The notes under the pieces were generated by a model that saw only the letters and a program-made list of their open reading frames with translations, ran no database searches and was not told where the DNA came from. A stretch of DNA of 64,000 nt from Caecitellus pseudoparvulus. Its lineage: Eukaryota > Protista > Bigyra: Bicosoecida. The position numbers and the translations under genes are program-made. This document shows, piece by piece, positions 10,282 through 22,400 of this stretch (its first letter is position 1; each line of letters opens with the position of its first letter). The stretch is taken from assembly GCA_965644315.1 (NCBI GenBank), contig CBFFRQ010000068.1, positions 434,001 to 498,000 on the forward strand. Direction: 5' to 3'.

Positions 10282-13200
10282 TCAAAAACCAGCGTCGCCC
10301 TCACTTGCGGCAGCCTTCTCAGCATGGACCGCGCTTTTCTCCTTCTGATTTCTGAGCTTGACGAGAATAACTGTCGCAATAGCGAGCAGGGCTCCCACGA
10401 CACCAACCGAAGCCCAAAGCAAGACGTTCGACGTGCGACCAAGAGGAACAGAGCTTGTCTCGTTCCCCGACTGCACGCCCACAGAAACATTAAGCGAAGG
10501 AATTCCGAGGAAAGGGTTCACAATACTGGTGTCAGAGCTTGGAATTTTACTTTCAATGGCAAAGAGCCCCGTGGAGGCTGGCAGCTGAGAGCGTAGTGCA
10601 GCACTAACCTTCCCAGAGGAAACATAACGGAAAAGTACACTCTCAACTTCGGTAACAGCCGTCCCCTCGTCCTTGGCACGAGATCCCAGAAACACCTCCA
10701 CCACCGTCGCCCCCAAGAACACCCCCTCCGTCTCGCCCGCACCCACGCCACCCAACACACGACGCCACCACGCCGCATCCGCACCCCCACCAGCCGACAG
10801 CTCCTCCTCGGACACGTCCACCACCACCACCTCCACACCACCACCCAACACATCCCCCAGCACCCGCAACAACACTTCGCCCATCCCAGCGCTGCCGTAC
10901 AACGACTTGCGCACACCCCACAGCGACAAACCAAACCGCACCACACGACCGAACCCACTCAACACCGGTGACAAACACCGACCACCGCTCGCGTCGCCCG
11001 ACTCCCCATAGCACACCAAGTCGCCCAGGCAGTCCCCAGATGTCGCACACATGTACCCAGCGCCGCACCCGCCACAACCAGATGCCGCAGAGCCGCAGTC
11101 TACGTCGCTCTCACCAGACGCCTCATCCACCTCCCCGTTGGTACACTGACCCAGCACCTCACCACACCCTGCACCAGTCCACCCTGCCTCACATCGACAC
11201 CATGCCACCAAATCCTCGCTCACGTGCCCCGCTGCACTCTCCGACGCCATCGCAGATGCCACACCGCTGTGCTGCTCCTGCACCGCTGTCACATTCACTG
11301 ACACACACACACCCCGGCCGCACTGCACACCCTCACACACCGCCACAATGGCTGGGTTCTCTGATGGCGTGGCAGCCGCCGTCACAGAAGCACTCCCCGT
11401 CGGCAATGCTGTGCCAGACGCTGTCGCCTGGGGAGACCCAGTGGGTGACTGCGTCTGTGCAGGTGACGGCGACACTGCCGCCGATGCGGAGGGACTGGAG
11501 CCCCTAGAGCTCGTGGGGGTGGACGATGGTGTCACGGCAGGTGTGCCCCCCGGTGTCCCGACCGGTGTCCCGCCCGGCGTCACGGCAGGCGTGCTCCCCG
11601 GTGTCCCGACCGGCGTCACGGCAGGTGTGCCCCCCGGTGTCCCGACCGGTGTCCCGCTCGGCGTCCCAGCAGGTGTCCCGCCCGGCGTCACGGCAGGCGT
11701 TCCAGCAGGCGTCCCGGCAGGTGTGCTCCCCGGTGTCCCGACCGGCGTCACGGCAGGTGTCCCGCCCGGTGTCCCGACCGGTGTCCCGACCGGCGTCACG
11801 GCAGGTGTGCCCGCTGGTGTCATGGCAGGTGTGCCCGCTGGTGTCATGGCAGGTGTGCCCGCTGGTGTTGCTGACGGCGCACCCCCCGGGCTGTACACCT
11901 CTCCTGGACTGCACACGTATGCTGGATCAGGACACGTCATCTGCCCGATGTAGCCACTCCCAAAGTTCACAACCTGACCCCCCGCTGTACATGTCGCACT
12001 GTCGTACGTCCCGGGGCCGCGGTAGAATCGCACCTCCAACGTGTACGCACCAGCACTCCCTCCGCACGCCGTCTCATAGCACCCAGGCTCCACTGCCCGC
12101 GGCTGGTACCCTTGCCGCAATGCTGATGACATGACACACCGGCTGTTCACACCATACGATATCCCACGCACAGTGCTTGGTGAGTTGCCTGGATCCACGC
12201 ACACGCGATTGCTGTACGCCTGCCGCCGCGGGCAGTAGTCATACTGCTCTGTGCTGCCTCCCGACATGCTGTTGGTGAAGTACTGATACTGCGTCGGCAG
12301 CGCACTGGTGTACGTTGACAACGTCGATGGTCCCCACGCCTTCAAGTCGAAACGGCAGGCTTCGCTGTTGTCCACCGCCCACCGGGGTGGCGACCCGGCA
12401 GGCACTGGCGCAGACTTCGGGCCAGTCACACACTTGTCGTTGGCAAAGCTGCAACCCTGCTTGAATCCCCAATCATCCATGTAGAACGCGTCGGACGCAG
12501 AGTACACTGGCTTGTACCACCCTGAGTCCTCCAGGATGCCCAGAGTCACAGCGTCGATCTTCGATGCGTAGTCGATGATTGGCGTCATGACAGTGCCAGG
12601 GAAGATGCGCTGCTCCAAGTGTGACCCCGTCAATGAGCACGTGCTCGTCGGCTGGTTCTCCAGCTCAGCACCAGTCATTGTGGGACAGCCAAAGTACCAC
12701 CGCACTGCATCCAGTGTGTGCTGGCCCACCATCTTCTGGATGCAGTTGCCTGGGTTCACCTTCTCGCCCGCCGTGCTGCACACACTCATGCCCCGACCCC
12801 CGAAATACTCCACCGTGTTGCTGGCCGCAGCGTAATGTGTCCGTGTAGACCCTCCACAGCTGAAACTCGTCTGGTACTCGCTGGTTGGCCGAGTCCCTGA
12901 CCGGGGCGTCTTGGGTGCCAACGTCGTGGGGTCTCGGAAGCGCCACCACGAGTCACGGGAAAACCCCAACGCGTGCAAGAACTCGTGCGCCACCGTACCG
13001 ATCAGCGCAGGCACGTCCCCTGCAGACAGCGGAATCTTGCTGGGGCAGATGTTGGTGCGCCCCACCGTGGGCTTGTCCGCTTCATCACGCTGGCACGCCA
13101 ACGCGTACGCCAACGTGCTTCCACCACACGATGCTGTCGATGCCGCAGTGACAAAGATGAGGTAGTCCTTGTTAGGAATGCCAGGACCAGATGGCTGAGG

Positions 13201-14047
13201 CGAGCAGCATGACTGCAGGCCGCAACTGCACACCTCCGTCGGACCGAGGTACGCCGCAGGGATCTCCACATTCTTGTCACCAGGGATGAAACCACACTGC
13301 GCACGCGCAATGCCATGCCCACCGTGCCAGCACAGCCGCACACTCACACACCACAGACATAGCCACTCACCCAGTTGCTGCTCGACACACTGGCACACCG
13401 CCCACTGCCCGTGTAGTAGCTGTTGCAGTCGTAGTCCGCATGGAAGACGTTGCCCTTGCGCCGCACCTGCACACACGCACACCGGGACCGTGCCAGGTGC
13501 CCCACGTACACCACCCCCACGCAATGCTCGCATGCACAGCAGCTCTCACCTGCAGCACCGACTCCAGCTTCGCCACCACTGCGGGAATGATGTTGTTCTT
13601 CAGCATGGCCTCCTTCTGAGCTGCCTGCGCCGGATCAGCAGCCTGCAGGTCCTGCAGCACGTCCACGTACTCCACTGCGATACGGATGTTGTGCCACGGC
13701 AACGCTGCATACTGGGACATGGTCAGTGTGCTCATCTGCCGTCTGTGAGCTTCGTCCGTGCCCTGCAGGTGCTGGTGCAAGTCTCGGCGTGGCACGCGGA
13801 CAGTCTCGCCTTCGTCTCCAACCAGTGTGACGTGGGAGGCGCCACGGGCTGTCTCGGCGGCCTCAATGACATCATCGTGCACGCAAGAGTGTGAAGACCC
13901 TCCCCTTTGGGCGTTCTTTGCCACAGTTGTGTGCATCACGCAGAGCAGCACTAGGGGCAAGCAGCACAAGGCTTTGCTGAGCTTGCTCTGGTGTGTCAGG
14001 TACTGAGTGCGTTTCAGCAACGCTTGTTCAGGTTCTGGCCAAAACAT
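10282..14047 (-). CDS. Leishmanolysin/GP63-like (peptidase M8) membrane metalloprotease, copy B
   Basis: Same core as copy A (HSCVHD, HEFLHALGF, GSHLEQR), with introns at 13467-13549 and 13297-13370. It has a different hydrophobic leader (KALCCLPLVLLCVMHTTVA) and a different TM/tail (VLLWASVGVVGALLAIATVILVKLR). The start (ATG 14047) and the exact 3' end are uncertain; a further intron near 10303 is possible. Confidence 0.88.
11533..11868 (-). repeat. 12-bp coding minisatellite, 28 x TPxx stalk in leishmanolysin B
   Basis: Tandem units encode TPAG/TPAM/TPAV/TPVG/TPGG/TPGS/TPSG. The array is 36 bp longer than in copy A. Confidence 0.95.
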
Positions 14048-14578
14048 TTGCCCGAGAGAGAGTGGTCTTCGCCCCACCTCTATAATACCCACAGATGATT
14101 TGATTCAGTGCCTTTCTAGATCCAATCGCTTGACTCAGGAGCCGAAGTTCACTGTGTTGGCCCAAGCTGCGGAACTTGGCCAAGTCACCAGCTGTACAAG
14201 CCCTGAAGGAGGGAGGATCCTGGCCTGTACGAGGTTGGACATGGTGAAAGGGCAAACCTCTTCCAAAGGCATGGAATAGTTGCCTTGGGGGCGTTCTGCT
14301 CGTTGCTTGACATGAATTGAACACTTCGCTTGGCTTTGGTCAAGGTTCCACGTGCAGGCTCATCATTCTCGCGCCCGCACTCAGCAAGAAGCGCCATAAC
14401 CTGAAACCTTCCCGCATGGCCCCCACGTTACCAAACAAGTACTCCCTTGATTTGGGGATAGGGAAGTGCCTCTTCCACGCTTGTCCCACTCAATCCTCAA
14501 ACCTTGCGCCGCGCTGTAATCCGCCGCAAGAGCTCGACTCCCGAGACTGCCAGACTGCCTCCACGGACAGAGCTAGCC

Positions 14579-17500
14579 ATGCCCACGAGTGACGTGCCAC
14601 CCCGTGATCCAGGTTTAGGCAGCCCACGGGCTTCTCCTCTCAGCCCAGACGCGCTGCTTCCGGACTCGCCTCCCTCGCTGCCGCAAGACTCTGAGGGAGA
14701 TGATGCCTTGTCAGCGGCCGTGGACACGGCGATGGCGACGGGGAGCGAGGTTAATGCGTTGGACGACTACTCTGTAGGCGTCGTGTGTTGCTCCCGTCGA
14801 TTCGTCATCCTGCCTTGCGTGCCCCTTGGCACTCGACTGCGCTGGCAAAGCATCTTGGAGCACACCAGCATCACTTTGCTGATGCTTGTGCTGACGATCT
14901 ACAGCTTGTTCATCATTGACGTGATGCAGCTCACCATGGACGCCAGTGCAGAAAAGCCTGTGTACGTGTCCTTGCTCGTGGTTGTCGCGGCTTTCGCAGT
15001 TGAGCTGGTAAGTTCTGCACGCAGCTTCGGCAATTTCCGCGGACGTCGGAGACACCCAGTCTGCTGCCGCTCGCAGATGATCGCCAGCGTCTGTCGTCCG
15101 AAGTTTTTCCTCTCATTCTTTTGGTGGTGAGTCCGTGATCGCGCCGTCTTGCAACTGTGTTGCTTGCGTGCCTCACAATCACGGTGCACCTGCTCTTTCC
15201 TCCCTTCCAGGCTGGACACTCTGGCCACGGTCTCCATCGCGCTGTCCATTCCATACAGCCAGCTCGTCCAGCGAGACTGCACAGCAATGGACAACACGTC
15301 CTTCTTGTTCGCACAAGCAGGCAGGACCGTAAGGCTTGTCAGGCAGGGTGGCCGCGCTCTTCGCATCCTGCGGGTGCTCCGCATCGTGCAGGTCTTCCGG
15401 TTCTTCAGGTGGATCGCGGTGAGTAGCAGTGTGCCGGAACGCCCAAAATTGCCCCAAACCCACGCCTTCCTTCGCGCAGTCCCTCGTCACGGGCCGGGCC
15501 CAGGAGAAGTCCATTGGCAGCAGCAAGGTCATGGAGGCCAGCCGCTTGGGCGAGCATTTGGCATACACGTCTGCGAAGAAGGTGGTCATGGTCATCATCA
15601 TCCTGTCCGTAGTGCTGCCGTTTTATGTTGATGAAGATGTCAATGAAGTTGCGCAGCAGCTGGGGCTGCTGCAGTTGGCCCTGCGTGCGGAGCACCACGG
15701 TGTGAACGAGACCGGCATCGCAGCGGCTGTGGAGGCCATGGACTCGCCTGCTTCCTTCACATTGCTGCGACTAGAGGTCGATGGGGTGCAGTTCAAGAAT
15801 GACCCTGCTGGGATCGCCCGTTTGCGTTGTGATGAGCTGTCAGAAGTGCTGGTCACTGGCCCAAGTGGCTTGCAAGCTTCGGCAACGTTTGGCAACTCGC
15901 CTGTGCTGAACTCGCGCTCCTCTTTCAACCTCGTGTACATTTGCCTGGTCTTGGTGGTGCTTCTGGTTTCCACGCTTTTGTTCAATCGGGACACGCGGAG
16001 GTACGTCGTGAAGCCCATGATGCGCATCATTCGGGTGCTGAACGAACTGCGCAAGCGCGTGGCGGAGACGGTGCTCAGCTTTGATGAACGCGGGTGGGAC
16101 CCAGTCTTCGTCGAGCGCACTGTGTATGACATGGCTTTGTGGATCGAGACTCAGCAGGCCAAGAATCTCTTGCCAACTTCAGAGGAAAGGCGACTGGAGG
16201 CGCTCAGGCGCGCACACCGCAAGGCTGAGGCCGCGAGGCTTCAAGCTGGCATGCCGGCGCTGCCACAACCGCGGACTGCCACGGCGACAGCTAAACCACC
16301 CGGGCAGGCACCTGTTGCTAGGCGGGGTGCAGGCGGCTCGCTTGTTCTGTTTGGCACTGGTCCTCGACTGGCTGACGATCGCGATGGCATTCGGCGCCAA
16401 GTGAGCGCCCTTCCAAGCACAGGACGGCCGGGTGCTAGGGGTAGCGGAAGTGGCTCCTTTTTTGGTGCTGCCCAGCAAAACTTACAACGCCTGTGGCGAG
16501 AGGCAAAGGGCATGGAATCTGATGACGAGGATGTGGTGGAGATGGAAGTGTCACCACCGGGAAGTCCGACTCCGCCACCTGCACTTGGCGCCCAACACCA
16601 CCAGACAGCCCTGCAGTCTGGCAGGATATCTGCTCGTAGACAGCGCAGCGCTTCAGCTGGTGCTTGGGAGGAAAGCATGCCGCATGGGCGGCGGCATGTT
16701 GTGGAGGAGATCCCAGTCCCTCGTCTGCCACAAGGGGCAGCAGCACGCGGAGGCAGCCTTATCCTCGCTCCGCAGGGAGCTGGTGGCTCTGCAGGCGCTG
16801 CATCGCTTCGGCACCGTGGTCATGAGCAAGGAAGCTCGGGCGGCTCTATCCTGGTGTTCTCAGACGGGTCGTATGTGCTGGCGGGTTCAAAGGAGGGGGG
16901 CGCCAAGACCGAGCCGGGCACAGCACATGGCGCAGCACCCAAAGCGGCGCCTTCTGCATTGAAATCGCCATCTGAGGCATCATCCAGGGACGGAACCCTC
17001 TTGGAAGTTGCACTTGCTGGAGGACGCATGGGCAGCCCACACCCAGACTCCAACGCCGCCGTCGTTGCCCATGGGCGGTTTGGCAGGTCAAGGCGGGCGA
17101 GCATCGACCACCACCTGCTGTCTGCATTTTACGCGCAGCGTCTGGCAGGCATGCCTCAGTCGATCACTCCTGCTCCACCTGTGCAGCGCACGGCAACAGG
17201 TGGCGGCAGCGCTGTGATTCTGCGCCACACCTCGTCATCCGAAGACTTGCCGGGGGTGGCTGCTGCAGCGGACAGTAAGGCCATTCCCGCGGCATCACCA
17301 CCCACAGCTGTTCCCCCCAGACACCCTGCAACCACAACGACGCCAACAAAGCACCAGGAAGCTGCATCACGCGCGGGAGCCTCCGATGCAAGTGACACCG
17401 CGAAGTATTTCCTCTCCCCCGCCAGCGACGCTCCGCAGACCAGTGAAGGGGGTGGCCTTCCGCACCGGGACAGCATGCACAGCATGGCAAGTTATTTGGA

Positions 17501-17861
17501 AGATGCAGGTGTGGTGCAGGGGGAGTACTCGCCAGCTGCTGTGTACGTGGACGTGGGCGCGGAGTATGACCAAGCCTCGACTGGCAGTGGCAGCCACGAA
17601 AGCGTCGTGAACGTCACCCTGCCTGAAGATGCCAGCGCTCAGGTGCCCGTGACCCCACCGCCTGCACCAGCTGCCGCAGCGACTGCGGACACAGCTCCAG
17701 CCTGGAGCAGCCCTTGGAGCCTTTCTGCAGCGGAGCAGGCTGAAGTTGATGCCGTCCGAATGGGTCAGCAGCGGGCGGCTTTGCGCCAAGTCTTGCGCAC
17801 TGCTGCTCTGAGAGGGGAAGACCTCCCGCAGGCCTTAGCTGCAAAAGTCAGTGAGAAGTGA
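14579..17861 (+). CDS. Voltage-sensor-domain 6TM membrane protein resembling the N-terminal module of ciliate/apicomplexan ion-channel-type adenylyl cyclases, without a cyclase domain
   Basis: Introns at 15008-15076, 15127-15210 and 15419-15479 give one frame. It contains S1 (LVLTIYSLFIIDV), S2 (VAAFAVEL), S3 (FFLSFFWWLDTLATVS), Arg-periodic S4 (RTVRLVRQGGRALRILRVLRIVQVFRFFR), SRLGEHL..SAKKVVMVIIIL (S5) and S6, then a HAMP-like VVKPMMRIIRVL, then about 570 aa of low-complexity tail. Confidence 0.8.
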
Positions 17862-17889
17862 CGTGTGAATTGGTGCTTGCATGTCGGGT

Positions 17890-18900
17890 TCATCGCTGGG
17901 TGTCCTTTTCCGCGGCCTGTTGTGCGCGGAGCTCCTCCAGCATGTGCTCGTAGAAGGCGACACGCGCCGGCCCTGACAGCGGGGCAGCAGACAGCGGGTC
18001 CAGGGGGGGCTCAGCTGCGTGAGATGCATGGCCAGTTGATGCGAAGCGTGCTGCAGCCTCTGCCAGAGTGGCCTGCTGCAAGTCTCCGCTCAGGGATCCA
18101 TCCACAAGCTCCACTGACGGCGGACCTCCCGGGAGCATTAGGCGTTGAGGCTCGCTCACCAAGATGCGCTCCGCGTCTTGCCGAATGCGAAACACCTTGG
18201 AGCCTGCAAGGGGGGGGGGGGGGGGGGCGTGTTGAAAGCGTCCTGCTTCTGACAGGTATCTGTGGAAAGGAGGCGTCTGAGCTTACCATATGCGAAGTCG
18301 TATTGGTAGGCCAGAAGAGTGCCTGTGGCATCTCGGGAGGGACAGTTTGAGCAAGGCATACATTGTTTGTTTCGAACGTCGGCTTACTTATTGGGATGAG
18401 CGGCACAGCCATCATTGGGTTTCCCTTTTTCACAGCCCTGATGTGGCAGGAGGCGGGCGCAAGACAGGTTCCGAAGCCGCGTGGATGCCCGTCAACGTGC
18501 GTGGCATTTTGCACACTCACCCCAGCAGAAGAATGGCACCAACTGATCCAAGGGCGAAGGATGTGAAGCGCAGGGTGTCCCGAGCACCCGCCATTTGCAT
18601 CTGGCACGGCCGGCGTGGTGCGGAAAGCAGTGCGGAATGTGCGGCACATGGTGCTGGCATCAAGCAGGGGCCTGCCTACCGCCGGGCAGGACTCACTGCC
18701 ATCTGGCGTTCACCCATGGTGATTTGCATCTCAATCTATTTGGCAGGGGGCACGTTTGGGTGATGCAGTGCCTCTTGATAGCTTGGTCGTGCTCACACAG
18801 TGCTCACCTGTCTGGAGAGCATCTGGCGTTGGCCGGCTGCCATGGCCGCCTGAGACTTCTTCATGTTCTCTTCCATGGCGCCACTGATTACGTTCCCCAT
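17890..18900 (-). CDS. PLGRKT: Plasminogen receptor KT (PLGRKT/C9orf46)-like small membrane protein, 6 exons
   Basis: Exons 18900-18808, 18735-18697, 18600-18521, 18437-18388, 18322-18287 and 18203-17890 are all joined by GT-AG introns. The product is MGNVISGAMEENMKKSQ...RQIEMQITMGERQMAMQMAGARD...AVKKGNPMMAVPLIPISTLLAYQYDFAYGSKVFRIRQDAERIL...LMLPGG, which matches the family signatures ERQMAMQIA and YQYDLGYG. Confidence 0.88.
18210..18227. repeat. G18 homopolymer (C18 polypyrimidine tract in the last PLGRKT intron)
   Basis: 18 consecutive G on the + strand, just upstream of the minus-strand acceptor at 18204. Confidence 0.9.
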
Positions 18901-19430
18901 GTTTGAAGCGGTGCAGCTACTCTCGTTCGGCTTGCTGCGACCTCTGCTGAAAGTGCCAACTCGCCTCGCAAGCCGACAGGGTGTATGTCTCGGAGTGAAT
19001 CGGAGTCAAGGAAGTTTAGCGGCGGCCGAATGGCACTGCGACGGGGTGGAGATGCTAATGGGGGGGAGTCTGGGGAAATGTTATAGTGGCTGCTCCGCGC
19101 GACAGAAATGCAAGCCCCCCAAGCAACCTTCACAGCCGGCCAGGTATGTTTGAGTGTGGGCACTGCAGCTTTCAAGCTCACCCGCGCCGCTGCCGCACCA
19201 GAACGGGTTGGGCCAAAATCAGACTTCGGCGAGCATATTCCTGCCGCACTCACTGGAGTTCAGGTGATCTGGTATTCCCACTGCAGCTGGAATTCGGAAA
19301 CAGTAGCCTGGCCTTCAGCGGGTGAAGTTCAGCACCACGCCAGGTGGCCAGGCCTGAACTGCGAGGGAGACGTCTCCATCCCCTCCACAGCACCCGCCGG
19401 CGCAACTCCAAGGTCCCTGAGGCTTGAAAC

Positions 19431-22400
19431 ATGGAGTGCTCAGGGGCAGGGGGTGCTCAGGCTGAGTCCCCGGCAGCTTCCTTTGCAAGGCGCGCAGCTG
19501 CATCCCAACTGGCTGCCGCGGCGACCGAGCCGCCAGTCGAGCCACCAGCGGGCCCAGTGCCACGCTCTGTGGGCAGGCAGTTCCAGCGCACCGATACGGT
19601 ATCTAGTTTACTGGGAAGCATTCGAAGGGGCAGCTTTCAAGCGGGCCGGGCGGCTAAGGATGCCTCGCTGGCTCAAGCAGAAGCGTCGGTGGAAGTGCCC
19701 GACGCCGGTTCCCAGCCGGCAGCCGTGGAGGCGGGCAGCGAACGAGCCCCGTCTGCCCTGAATGACACATTTGGAACTGTCGGCTCCTTTTCATCCGTCC
19801 CCTCTGACTGGAACCCGCGGCCAGCCGCAGCTTCGTCACAGTTGCACCAGCCTCACTCAAAGCAGCAGACCACACCCGCTCTCGTGCCACCCACGACTCC
19901 GGTTAACGTGACGCCAACTGTAGGCGCGGTGGCATTACCCAGGCAGCATCTTGAGTCCTCCAGTGGTATTCAACGCCGGGCTCCGCCAGCTGTGCCTCGG
20001 GAGCCAGAGGAAGCAGTGCATGTGGCGGCCGCAGGCGACCAGGCCATACACACTCGCAGGTCCCCTGTGGGCCATGTCCGACCTAAACGCACCAGCAAGA
20101 GGCCGAGCAAGGATGATGCCCCTCAGCAGACAAAGAGTGGCTCGTCTAAGCCTGTATCCTCCACCTGGGGGGCTTTCCGAGCCAGACACAGCCGCAAGGC
20201 CGGCACAGGCAGCAAGCCAGCTGGCTCCCAAGCACCACGAGGCGCACTGCGCAAGCGCGAGTCGTCGTCACGGCAGAGTGATATCCGCGCACGTCTGGCA
20301 GCCCGACGGGCTCGAGGCAAGGGGGCTGTCAGCAGTGCCGGGCGCAGTAGCAGTGTGGGCCGCGCGAGGCCTGCAGTCGCAGCGTCCGCAGCCGCTGGGC
20401 GAAGCTCGTCAGCCCCTCGCCAGCCGGCGCCTCAGGCTGGTGGGGCATCGCCTCAAGGGCACCTCCGCCGCAAGAAGCAGGCGCCCGGTCCTCGCGCAGC
20501 TGGCAAGCAGGCTCCCTCATCCACGTGTCCCAGATCTGCACTGCCCCAGCCTCGCCCAAGTCGAGCCGCTGCCCAGGCCAGTGCCCGAGCCAAGCGGGGC
20601 TCGCGCCCCATGGAACACCAGGGCCCTGCCACTCGGAAAGCCCAGCAGGCTGCTCAGGATGAACAGGCTGCTGCGGCTGCTCAGGCACTTGCAGAAGCGG
20701 AGGCCAGACAGCGCCAGCTGGATGCGGCATCAGATGCGGGCAGCGAGGCGGAGTCGGACACCGGGGAGAGGCAGGGTGCGCAAAGCGGGCCAGGTGCAGA
20801 GGTGGACGAGGAAGCTGCCTTGTTTGCAGAGATGGAGGCTGCCTCCGCTGCCTTCTCCGCCTCAGCCACTCACGCCTCGCGCCGTGCAGCAGTGGCGCCG
20901 CCCGCGCCCCAAGACCCCATGCAGGCCATGCCCCTGGCCCGTGGTAGGCGAGGGGAGTCGCAACCTGACGGGTGGGTACGGCCCACCACCAGCTCGGCAG
21001 CTGCGCGGGCGGCAGTGGCGTCTGCGATGCAACTGGCAGGAGAGGGTGAGACGCTGGCTCCAGCGCACCAAGCGGCTGCCGTCACAGCCAGCATGCTTGC
21101 TGGCCTTGGCTTGAGCCCCGTAAAACAGCAGCCGCGAGGCCGGGCATCGCCGCCGCCACCCCCGCTCACCGACCCGGACAGCCCCGACAGCAGCTCCGAA
21201 GGGGGGGTGCCCGTCCTGGCTTCCACGCGCGGCGCGGCGGGCATGGGCCCATCCCGTGTCACAACGGCCTTGCAGGCTCTGAGCGTGCCCCATCCTGAAC
21301 AGCCTTCCTTTATCCCCGGCCCGAGGGGTCGAGGTGCACCAGAGAAGCAGGAGGAGGGGGGCTCCTCTCCTTCCTCGCCTGGGGAACGGGCTGAGCGTGC
21401 CCGGGGGGCTCTGCTGGACCACGTGGCCCCCCTGCCCCCCGCTCCTACCCCGGGGTCCGACGGCGCCCCCACTGCCTCCATGTACGCACAGCTGTCCTCC
21501 TCACTGGCGGCGCCCAGCGCAGCTCCACGAAAGGCTCAAAGCCAGCCCCCCTCCACCTCCCCCGGTGACAGGTCCTCCTCAGCCGGCTTCTCTTGGCTGG
21601 ATGACCTGCGTGCCCAAGCAGCAGCCGATAGCGCTGGGGCTGGGGAGCAAGGAGGGGGCACCTCCTCCCTGGCCCGCCTGGCAGGGGCGCTGCGGCAGGG
21701 GGGCGGGCCGGTGCACGGGGACTCGGGCAATATCGACTTGAACTCGCTCATTGACCTGACCCTGAGCTTGACTGGGGAGGAGGAGGCCCCCGCCACCCAG
21801 GCTCCGCCTTCACCACCTTCAGCGCCGGCGCCCACCACTGCCCCCACCAACGCGGCATACACCCCCCGCTCCTGGGACATGCAGGCTACGCGCGGCCTTG
21901 GGCCAACGACGTACAGCGCCACCACCCAGGCAGACCTTACAGGTTATGGCGTGGTGGCTGGGGGTGGGGACTCCGGCGCCTCCCAGGAGGGGGTGCAGCA
22001 TGCAGTGCAGGATCGCGCGGCCTTGTACGACAAGTACGGCCTGACGGGGCTGGGCGCCATGCAGGGCGATGCACCCTCGCACACCACCCCCGCCCCTGAC
22101 GACGACTCTTGGAACCCCACCTCCAACTTGAAGGCATCGCCACCTCCGCCGTCTGCGGATTCGGCAGTCGGCGGTGGGCCTAGCATACACCCGTCTCTAG
22201 GCTTCGCGGGCAGGGCTGGCCCTGTGCACTCGGAGCAGTCCAGCCTTCATCGCCCGTCGCACCGCAGCAAGCCTGGGCGCAAGGGTGCCGGCGTGGGGGA
22301 GGGTATCGCCAGGTCGACCCCCGGCCTGCCCACACCCGCACTGAACCAGAGCCAACCTGGGCCGGCCAGCCACCGTGGGGGGGCTCCTGTGGCCCCCTTG

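Larger units (their letters stand above)
6358..13891. repeat. Near-identical direct duplication: about 6358-9521 and about 10692-13891
   Basis: The same sequence recurs at offset 4334 (C-terminal side of the stalk) and 4370 (N-terminal side), including both introns, with only scattered substitutions. The flanks are unrelated. Confidence 0.97.

Noticed and set aside
7199-11868. Tandem repeats as a possible CRISPR array
   Set aside because: They are contiguous 12-bp in-frame coding units without unique spacers, there are no cas genes, and the context is eukaryotic.
6358-13891. 3.2-kb direct repeats as LTRs or a composite transposon
   Set aside because: The repeats are the protease genes themselves. 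There are no TG...CA ends, target-site duplication, gag/pol or transposase between them.
19323-19430. In-frame TGA codons upstream of the 1584-aa ORF as selenocysteine or readthrough
   Set aside because: There is no redox motif or evident SECIS, and TGA is the ordinary stop for most genes in the window.
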